Source: Elusimicrobiota bacterium
Lineage (GTDB): Bacteria; Elusimicrobiota; Elusimicrobia; Elusimicrobiales; UBA9959
Length of the DNA: 12,295 nucleotides
Reading direction: 5' to 3'
NCBI GenBank assembly: GCA_037137395.1
Contig: JBAXKK010000077.1
Span: forward strand, 1-12,295
Shown: positions 1-7,121 of the stretch, in pieces
Layout: each line of letters begins with the position of its first letter
How positions within the stretch are numbered: the stretch's first letter is position 1
The notes under the pieces: model-generated
What the model was told of the DNA's origin: nothing
What the model saw: only the letters and a program-made list of their open reading frames with translations
Database searches by the model: none
Program-made: the position numbers and the translations under genes

Positions 1-102
1 GGTCTTATTATTATTAGTCCACCAGTTATAAAAAAGAAAAGAGGGCACAGCTAGCACGGCTGCCAGAAGAAGCCAACCGATTATACTGGTGAAGTTTTTC
101 AT
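1..102 (-). CDS. N-terminal part (34 aa, runs off the window) of a membrane-anchored protein following the PilO-like gene; by position possibly a PilP/GspC-like component
   Basis: ATG at 102-100, one base after the TGA of the upstream ORF, preceded by GGAGGTGA Shine-Dalgarno; translation MKNFTSIIGWLLLAAVLAVPSFLFYNWWTNNNKT contains a hydrophobic helix; open to the window edge. Product guess is from gene order only. Confidence 0.7.
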   Translation of the reverse strand, partial: MKNFTSIIGWLLLAAVLAVPSFLFYNWWTNNNKT

Positions 103-103
103 A

Positions 104-703
104 TCACCTCCCCCCCGCTGCGCCGAACTTGGGGAAGACGCTCGAAAGCTTCATATTGATTCTGACCACACCTGTGCGGGAGCCGTCTTTTTTTAGACTA
201 ACTTCGGTCACTTTAAGCAACATAGGGGAATTCTCGATATCAGCCACCCACTTGCCGAACTTAACGTAGGTTGTCGTAACGGACACAACGCGCGAAACCA
301 ACAGAAAATTCCCGATCTCACTCTCGGTCTGCGCGGCAATGGAATCGAACGATATTCCGTGGGCTTTAGCCGTGGAGGTCATCATATAGTTGAGCCACTC
401 GTCTTTATCCCTGATAAGTGGAAGCCGCTTCTGATATGCCGCCAGCTTAGTCTTTGCGTCATTGTAATCTGCGTAATGGGCTGCGATTATCTGAGATTTT
501 TCCAGTTGGTCCATATCAACCTTGACCTTCGATGCCCGTGGTGCGTAAAACACCACATAAAGCATAAGCACCGCGGGTAAAGCAATAAGAAGCGGCTTTT
601 TAAAAGGCTCTATGCCTTTTTCAGCGTAGATTATAAGGATATTATCGTACATATCCTTAAAAAAAGCCGCCATTGTGTTAAACAGTGCCATTATAACCGG
701 CAT
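104..703 (-). CDS. pilO: PilO/GspM-like type IV pilus or secretion assembly protein (199 aa)
   Basis: ATG at 703 overlaps the upstream TAA (TAATG) with AGGAGG SD; one TM helix (PLLIALPAVLMLYVVFYAP), a coiled coil, then a PilO-like C-terminal pattern (VSVTTTYVKFGKWVADIENSPMLLKVTEVSL); lies directly after the PilM/PilN-like gene. Confidence 0.72.
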   Translation of the reverse strand: MPVIMALFNTMAAFFKDMYDNILIIYAEKGIEPFKKPLLIALPAVLMLYVVFYAPRASKVKVDMDQLEKSQIIAAHYADYNDAKTKLAAYQKRLPLIRDKDEWLNYMMTSTAKAHGISFDSIAAQTESEIGNFLLVSRVVSVTTTYVKFGKWVADIENSPMLLKVTEVSLKKDGSRTGVVRINMKLSSVFPKFGAAGGR

Positions 704-2274
704 TAGCCTTTCCTCCTGGCCGTGCACAATATAGTAAAGCCGGTGGATTTAATAGCCGATTCCTGGTCCGATCCGTAGCCTCCGGATCCTCCGGGAGTCT
801 CACTTTCCGTGGTGAATGATATGCCGCCATTCGGGGGTCCGAAGATCTTGAATTCCGGGGAATCCTTAAGAGCTCTGTTAAAACTTTCCACTATTCTTTG
901 TTTCATGTCGCCGGCGAGATTCGTCTCCCCGTTAAGTTTCATCTCTTTTGCCGAAGTCTGTAGTTCCGAGGTTGCAAAAGGCGCCAGGTACTGTATATCC
1001 TGCAGCCAGAGCTCAGGCGGTATTTTATCCAGAATGACCTGAAGTTTTGGGGCAAGGGAATCGGTATCGTTGACAAGCATGGACAACATCTTCGCGCTGG
1101 CCTGCATCTTTTCTATCTTGGCCCTTATCGCGTTGCCATCATTACCCTGCAGTTCTGAGGCGTCCTCCACCTGAGCGTTGATAGCGGCAATTTTTGACGC
1201 CATAGTCATTATGCGTATCTGATTGAGCACAGATAGGACCAGCAAGAGGCCCCCCAGAACAAAAACACCGCTCCACATATATTCCCGCAGCTGCTTCTCA
1301 ATCATGGCGGACGTGCTGATGCCGGAAACATCCAGAGCGAGTTTTTCAGGAACCCGGCCCCGCATGGAGGCGCCCATGGAAAAGAACTGGACAGAGACGT
1401 TATCCTTGAGTGTGGCCGCCTTGGCCGGATCCCAGATTTCCACCGGCATCGGGGATTCCTGTTCAGCCACGGCTTTCCACGTGTCCGCACCGTCGCCGCT
1501 CAGCATAAGGTATTTATATTCCTGCCCGCCGACATAACGGTCCACGAACTGCACGGCTCCTTTTATATCCAGCCGCTTGCGCTCCGACAATGTGCTGGCG
1601 GCTTCGTAATCGGCTTCCCGGTAAAGGACCGGGTAGCCGGCGCTGGAGAACAACATAAGGCTGGCGCCGCCGGAAAAATGTATGTAACCCTTGGACGCGT
1701 GATCTTTAGGATCCAGGTAAGCGAAAAAGCGCTCCACGGAACAGGGTGTTATCTCTACGGCTGTGAGTTCCAAGTCCACACTCTTGAGGATACTTATGAT
1801 AAATTCCACACTCTTGCGTTGAGTAAGGCCAAAAAGAACGCCAAGCTTTTTACCGTTTTCCAGAGGGTAGGCGGAAAAATCATACGCTATTTCGTCAAAG
1901 GAAACGGGGATATACTTCTTGGATTCAATAGGAATAGATTTATTCCAAAAACGCCTCTCAACGAAGGGCATTACAAAATAGCGGAGAATCGCGAACTGCG
2001 GCGAGAGTGTTACGACCGCGCTGGAACTGCCCCAGCTGACATTCTTTACGGCGCGCTTGAACGCGGTGATCCAGGAGGCTTTTTCGTCGAAAAAATCGCC
2101 GTTAAGCGACAAGGGGCGCAGAAGCCCCTCCCTCGCCTGAAAAGCAGTGGGGATCGTAATCAGATGCTCGGCATCCACCCGCCCGTTTTTCCCCAGCTTG
2201 GTCTGGGCGATACTGATCTCTTTGGGGGAGATATAGATTCCGATAGAATTTTTAACAACCGCGCTATGAGCCAT
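703..2274 (-). CDS. PilM-PilN fusion-like (GspL-like architecture) assembly protein (523 aa)
   Basis: Likely ATG at 2274 with AAGGTG SD. N-terminal ~315 aa resemble PilM (IGIYISPKEISIAQ; ESKKYIPVSFDEIAYDF; LMLSGDGA), followed by a TM helix (WSGVFVLGGLLLVLSVL), a coiled coil and a PilN-like segment (LDKIPPELWLQDIQY...MKLNGET). Confidence 0.75.
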   Translation of the reverse strand: MAHSAVVKNSIGIYISPKEISIAQTKLGKNGRVDAEHLITIPTAFQAREGLLRPLSLNGDFFDEKASWITAFKRAVKNVSWGSSSAVVTLSPQFAILRYFVMPFVERRFWNKSIPIESKKYIPVSFDEIAYDFSAYPLENGKKLGVLFGLTQRKSVEFIISILKSVDLELTAVEITPCSVERFFAYLDPKDHASKGYIHFSGGASLMLFSSAGYPVLYREADYEAASTLSERKRLDIKGAVQFVDRYVGGQEYKYLMLSGDGADTWKAVAEQESPMPVEIWDPAKAATLKDNVSVQFFSMGASMRGRVPEKLALDVSGISTSAMIEKQLREYMWSGVFVLGGLLLVLSVLNQIRIMTMASKIAAINAQVEDASELQGNDGNAIRAKIEKMQASAKMLSMLVNDTDSLAPKLQVILDKIPPELWLQDIQYLAPFATSELQTSAKEMKLNGETNLAGDMKQRIVESFNRALKDSPEFKIFGPPNGGISFTTESETPGGSGGYGSDQESAIKSTGFTILCTARRKG

Positions 2275-2301
2275 AAAAGTCACCTTGAATGCTGACTTTA
2301 T

Positions 2302-2330
2302 AATATAACTTATATTAACGAACGCCGCAA
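2302..2330 (-). promoter_or_regulatory. Putative sigma70 promoter for the pilMN-pilO operon
   Basis: Minus strand TTGCGG (2330-2325), 17-nt spacer, TATATT (2307-2302) in the short AT-rich intergenic gap. Confidence 0.5.
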
Positions 2331-2335
2331 TTATT

Positions 2336-4168
2336 CTATTCCTTACCCAGCATTTTTATTTCCACGATGCTTTTGGGAGTATCAGATATCTGCGTGGAAA
2401 TATCCATGCGGTCTTTTTCAATTTTATACTTGCTGGTAAGGCGCATGGAAACATAATTAACCCTGTTCTGGGCCATAGTTTCAGAGTTGGCCTCTCCGGA
2501 ATAGGCGTAACCGATTAGTTTAATTTTGGCCATGGGATAATAGCCCATAGTTTCCGCGACTTGGGCGAGCTTCTTTTCGCTGTTGGATGTAACGATAGCC
2601 GTCTCCTCCCGAAAGTATATTTTATAGCTGACCTGGCCGCTGAACTCCGCCTGAGACTCCTGCGCGCCCCCCTCACGGGAGGCCGCTTCATCTTTCTGCG
2701 CGGATTCTTCCGCGGAAGCCGCTGAAACTTTTTTAGGCGCACGGGCAGCGGCTGGTTTTTTATTAGCCAGAGGTGCCGATTTACTCTTGCCTTTACCCGC
2801 CTTGAGGGCCGCCGCGCCCTTGCCTGAAAGGGGCTTCTTCCCCTTAACTACTTTGGTCTGCGCGGATACGCCGGTCTGCTTGGACACCGCCACAGATTTA
2901 GCGACAGTCTTTGCGGTCTGAAGAGCTTTTTGCTCTTCAGGACCGGGCTTCACCATCAGGAGCCGGCGGAGATTCGTCTCGCGACCCTCCGGATCTGTCG
3001 CCGTCACTGAGAACAGATATTTGCCTGAAGGGTAGGCGGTGCCGAAAAAATTCTTGCGCCCGTTCCAGTAGCTCTGGTTATACTGCGAACCATAGCCTTC
3101 CATTTTTTGCAGTGAAACGATAGAGTTATCAGGCTGCACGGAAAAGATTTCAAATTTCCAAGAAGGTTTACCCACGGGAGATTCGAACACCGAAAACTCA
3201 ACAAGGGCGCCTTCGTTCTTCTGCACGGATATCGCCGTAGGATAGATGCCCAAAGAGACTTTTGGTCCTTTTGATTTAACGTCAGAGCTTTCCACAAGTT
3301 TGGGAACCATATCGTAATTAAAAAGGATCACCATACCGCTGATACTGGTCAATTCCTTGGGGAATTTAACCTCCGCACCCGTCAGATTGAGGTCAATGCG
3401 GGATTGGGAAATACCCCTTGAAACCAGATAAGAATTAAGGGCTATGGCCTGCCTGATGCTCCGTATCTTCACATCCACTTCTACCGTACCCTCCGGCAGG
3501 ATAAGGATGTTCGCCTTACCGAGAGTAAAAATGAGCCCGGCCAGATTTGAGAGATCGGCGGCCGCATTCGCCTTGAACACGGTTTCGTTTGCGAAAAAAT
3601 ACTGGGAGTTTATTGTGACGGCCCTGGGCAGAGAATCGCCCATATATATTTTGACGGCGCTGGATTTGTCCAGTTCCAGAAGAATCGCCCTTCGCATCTC
3701 TATCATCTTTTCGTTTATTCGACTGGTGACGCGTTCCTTGCGGGCCTGGGGCTCGTCCTGGGCTAACGCCTCCTCCTCCGAGGGCGTCTGGTCAAACCTG
3801 ACTGATTGCTGCCTCTGGACAGGCGCCTGAATAGTTCCCTCCACTTCTTTTATCGCCCCGGCTTCCAACCCCGGGTCTTTCACGGTCTTTACCCCGGTAT
3901 TCATACGCAAGGTGATCCTGGAAATATAGTCGTTAGCGAGGGATTTTTCAGAAGGCGTGCCTTTTACCAGAATGTCCATAAAGCGATCCATCGCCTCGTT
4001 ATCCTCTCCTTCGTGATACAGCCTTATGGCTTGCTCCATGGAACGGGTAAGCCCGCTCCCGGTAGAAGCGGGTTGGCCGCTAAGTCTGGACAAACCACCT
4101 CCTGAAAGCAGGAACACGGCGATAATAGCCGCGGCAATCCGGGATTTGGAAATTAAATTTTTTTTCAT
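2336..4168 (-). CDS. Exported OmpA-like domain protein with FlgD-type Ig-like domain (610 aa)
   Basis: ATG at 4168 with GGAG SD; signal-peptide-like N-terminus (MKKNLISKSRIAAAIIAVFLLSGGG); TPR-like helix pair; internal OmpA/MotB-like segment (ALNSYLVSRGISQSRI); FlgD-Ig-like YWNGRK...YPSGKYLFSVTATD; Lys/Ala-rich linker; C-terminal OmpA-like domain (IYF...KKLAQVAETM..YP..KIKLIGYA...MAQNRVNYV). Confidence 0.75.
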   Translation of the reverse strand: MKKNLISKSRIAAAIIAVFLLSGGGLSRLSGQPASTGSGLTRSMEQAIRLYHEGEDNEAMDRFMDILVKGTPSEKSLANDYISRITLRMNTGVKTVKDPGLEAGAIKEVEGTIQAPVQRQQSVRFDQTPSEEEALAQDEPQARKERVTSRINEKMIEMRRAILLELDKSSAVKIYMGDSLPRAVTINSQYFFANETVFKANAAADLSNLAGLIFTLGKANILILPEGTVEVDVKIRSIRQAIALNSYLVSRGISQSRIDLNLTGAEVKFPKELTSISGMVILFNYDMVPKLVESSDVKSKGPKVSLGIYPTAISVQKNEGALVEFSVFESPVGKPSWKFEIFSVQPDNSIVSLQKMEGYGSQYNQSYWNGRKNFFGTAYPSGKYLFSVTATDPEGRETNLRRLLMVKPGPEEQKALQTAKTVAKSVAVSKQTGVSAQTKVVKGKKPLSGKGAAALKAGKGKSKSAPLANKKPAAARAPKKVSAASAEESAQKDEAASREGGAQESQAEFSGQVSYKIYFREETAIVTSNSEKKLAQVAETMGYYPMAKIKLIGYAYSGEANSETMAQNRVNYVSMRLTSKYKIEKDRMDISTQISDTPKSIVEIKMLGKE

Positions 4169-4337
4169 TGTATTGCTCCAGCAACGCAAACCGACTGATG
4201 CAGCGCGTGAATAGTGAATACCTAGAATTTTTAATCCTGAAACACCCGATCCGCTACACTATTTAACATCTTTATATTTACCTAAATATTACGGGATTGT
4301 TACGCAAATATTGCCCAAAATTCTCTCCCCCGTTCTT

Positions 4338-7121
4338 TTAACGAGGCAGGTTGTTAAGGTGCCCGGCTGCTGAAGCGTTGCCGGGTTCGGTCTTAAGCAG
4401 CGTTTCCCATTCGTTTCTGGCGGATTTAAAATCCCCCTCTTTTTCGTATATCACGGCCAAACCATAACGCGCGCCGGTGTCAGAAGGTTTCACGCGCAGG
4501 ATCTTAAGAAGATCACTCTTTGTGTTTTTAATATCCCCCGCCTTAAAGCTCAGCTTCGCCCGCAAAGCCAGGGCGTTGATATTTTCAGGTTCAAGCCTGA
4601 TCAGCGTATCTGCCGCAGATATCGCTGAAGCGGAAGCATCGTTGGCGGCCAATCGCCCCTGAACTTCCTGATACTTCCTCAGCCATAGAACATCAGGGTC
4701 GTTCTTCAGCCCAAGCTGCGCGGCCACGCCAATAAGGTTCTGGGCCGTCATGGTGTCTCCGGGATTAACCCTGACACCCCGCCCATACGTGTCTTTGGCG
4801 GAGCGATAATCCTTAAGCATGGTGTAGAAATAGCCGAGGTTATTTAAGATGGCGGAATCACCCGGGAAGATATCGCCAGCCGGCTTAAAAATTTCCACAG
4901 CCTCCTTGGCGGAGCTGGCTCCGGCTTTCACATATATTTCCGCCATGACATTATAGGTTGCTACGCTTAAAGGGTTTATGAACGCGGAAACCTTCAGATG
5001 GGACAGCGCCGAGTCCGTCTCCCCCAGACGCTTTTCCACTATAGCCATGTTGAAGTATATCTCATCATATCCGGCGTTGGATTTCAGAGCCTCGCCATAG
5101 GCCCATTTAGCGGCGTTCAGGTCTCCAGCCCGCACATAGGCGTTGGCCAGCTCATAGTTATTGTTCACTTCACGCCCATGGTTATCGTACGCTTTTTTCA
5201 ATTCAGCAGCCGCCCCGCTGAAATCGTTCCTGCGCATATTTTTAAATCCGCGAAAATAATGCATCTCGCGCATAAACTGCGAAGACCAGCACCAGGCGCC
5301 TCCCGCGCAAAAAAGCAGGAGCAGGCACGCGGCAGCGGTTCCGGCGGCGGGTTTAGCCCACAAAACTCCGCCTGCCTCGCGCGAGCCGGAAAGTTTCTTG
5401 GAAAACGCGCCAAGAAGCCACCAAAAGAGCAGCGCCGGAACCGCGAAATGCAGCGATACGTTGAACATATTATCCGCGAGCATCCCCAGAAGGGCCGCAG
5501 CGAACGGCAACGCCCAGAAACGCTCTTCCGGACCGGAACCCCGGTAATAGCGGAAGAAGGCCGCACAAAGAACAGCGAAGAGCCAGACATAGACGCCCAA
5601 GCCCACCAAACCGGTCTGAGAGAACATCTCCAGGATTTCGTTATGAGCGTTATTGGCGTGAGTTCGCAGGTTCCTTATGCTGTCGAAATTCAAAAGCAAG
5701 CCGACCTGATAGAAAGGGTAGAAATTTTCAAAGAGGCCCCAGCCCTTGCCCAGCATCGGGCTTTCAAGCCCCATCTGCCAGGCCGAAGTCCAGATAAGCA
5801 GGCGCTGATGAAGAGAAGAATAGACTTTTTCGCTGCGCACGGATAAAGAAAGAGCGTCGATGGAATTTATTTTAGGCGACCCCTCCGAAACCCTTTCAAA
5901 AAGCGCTGAGCGGAGATCCCAAAATCCGCCGGAAGGTTTGAGCGGCTCGGGGCGCCAAATCATGAGCAAAATAATTATGGCCGCGAATAATGGCAACAGG
6001 AACCTTTTATTCGCAAAAAACTTCCGCCGCGCGGAGTTCAGGGAGAACAGAAAACAGATTCCGAAGCTTATATACCAGAATCCGCCGGAAGGCACAAGGG
6101 ACTGACTGGGCCAGAGTATCAGCAAAATCAGAGCCGCGGCAAAAAAAGAAATAAGGAAGTTTTTGTTATCAGAAAACTTACTTCTTACACCGGGGAACGT
6201 GAAGAGGAACGCAAAAGCGATAAAGGCGCCTACCCAGGATGACCTGGTCAGGCTCGACATTAACATGGCCAGATAAGAGAGGAATACGAACCCGTAAAAA
6301 AACCTGTGCGCCGCTTTCCTGGCGGATATGAGGTAAGACGCCGCGAATGGACAGAGCATCACAACATAAGACGAGATAAAATTAGGATTGCCGAAAGTGG
6401 AAACTGAGCGGTTGCCGTATGGGGTCAGTATCTTATCCCAGATCAGCTCCACGCGAAAATACTGCAGAATGCCGTAGCATGAAGCGAGCGCGCCAACCGC
6501 CATGGCCAGATGTAAAAAATCTTCCTGGTTAAAATATCGGACCAGGTACCAGGCTGCGGCCGCCCCTGCCAGCCAGAGGAATCCGCCGTAGGGGTCCCAA
6601 AAACGAGAAACAAGGCTGTCGCCGGCAGCCGGAGTTCTCAGGTCCTGAAACAGGAACCACATCCCCCCCCATAACAGAATGAGAGCCAGCCAGCCGTACA
6701 TTGACTTTCGCTGCGGCTCGAAGTCGAACGGAACCTTCTGGGCCAGCATGAACACCAGGGCGCAATTGACGGCCATAAACATTCCGGCCCGGGTGAATTC
6801 ACTAAGCATGGAGGGGCGAAAAAATGCGGCATGCGCGAAGTAAGCCCGCGCGAAACTGAGCGCCATGACAATCAGCAGCGCCGCGAGCGGAACATAAAGG
6901 ATATTTGGAGGAAAACCCCAACCCTTCCGTCTGATCGCGGCCACCATCAAAACAGCGCCACCGGACAGGAGGGATATATTCAAAAGCGTTATCTGCAGGT
7001 AATAAGGGTTGCGCGTCAGATCAGTGAAGAACAGCAGGGGTGAGACGAAAAAAGAGATTACAAGAGACATGGCAAGCAAACACTTGTCCCGTGTTTCGGC
7101 TTTTTCAGAATTTTGTGGCAT
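4338..7121 (-). CDS. O-antigen ligase / O-oligosaccharyltransferase (Wzy_C)-family membrane protein with C-terminal TPRs (927 aa)
   Basis: Many TM helices; family motifs RSVSTFGNPNF, SLTRSSW, RLLIWTSAWQM...PMLGKGWGLF, NAHNEILE; C-terminal TPR-like repeats (YELANAY, YFNMAIVE, LNNLGYFY, YGLAVIYEKEG). Start overlaps the upstream stop (TAATG). Confidence 0.85.
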   Translation of the reverse strand: MPQNSEKAETRDKCLLAMSLVISFFVSPLLFFTDLTRNPYYLQITLLNISLLSGGAVLMVAAIRRKGWGFPPNILYVPLAALLIVMALSFARAYFAHAAFFRPSMLSEFTRAGMFMAVNCALVFMLAQKVPFDFEPQRKSMYGWLALILLWGGMWFLFQDLRTPAAGDSLVSRFWDPYGGFLWLAGAAAAWYLVRYFNQEDFLHLAMAVGALASCYGILQYFRVELIWDKILTPYGNRSVSTFGNPNFISSYVVMLCPFAASYLISARKAAHRFFYGFVFLSYLAMLMSSLTRSSWVGAFIAFAFLFTFPGVRSKFSDNKNFLISFFAAALILLILWPSQSLVPSGGFWYISFGICFLFSLNSARRKFFANKRFLLPLFAAIIILLMIWRPEPLKPSGGFWDLRSALFERVSEGSPKINSIDALSLSVRSEKVYSSLHQRLLIWTSAWQMGLESPMLGKGWGLFENFYPFYQVGLLLNFDSIRNLRTHANNAHNEILEMFSQTGLVGLGVYVWLFAVLCAAFFRYYRGSGPEERFWALPFAAALLGMLADNMFNVSLHFAVPALLFWWLLGAFSKKLSGSREAGGVLWAKPAAGTAAACLLLLFCAGGAWCWSSQFMREMHYFRGFKNMRRNDFSGAAAELKKAYDNHGREVNNNYELANAYVRAGDLNAAKWAYGEALKSNAGYDEIYFNMAIVEKRLGETDSALSHLKVSAFINPLSVATYNVMAEIYVKAGASSAKEAVEIFKPAGDIFPGDSAILNNLGYFYTMLKDYRSAKDTYGRGVRVNPGDTMTAQNLIGVAAQLGLKNDPDVLWLRKYQEVQGRLAANDASASAISAADTLIRLEPENINALALRAKLSFKAGDIKNTKSDLLKILRVKPSDTGARYGLAVIYEKEGDFKSARNEWETLLKTEPGNASAAGHLNNLPR
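5919..6230 (-). repeat. Intragenic in-frame tandem duplication, 2 x 156 bp (52 aa), diverged
   Basis: PSGGFW codons at 5919-5936 and 6075-6092 are exactly 156 bp apart; ungapped hand alignment of the two 52-aa units gives 24 identities. Confidence 0.85.

Noticed and set aside
704..727. Longer N-termini given by the ORF track (727, also 2283, 4189, 12117)
   Set aside because: Downstream ATGs at 703, 2274, 4168 and 12093 have well-placed SD sequences or stop-start overlap and were preferred.
4169..4337. Possible riboswitch or leader RNA upstream of the OmpA-like gene (GTGAATA twice at about 4207-4220)
   Set aside because: No recognisable aptamer consensus or strong stem by eye, and no well-spaced promoter could be assigned; an Rfam scan would settle it.
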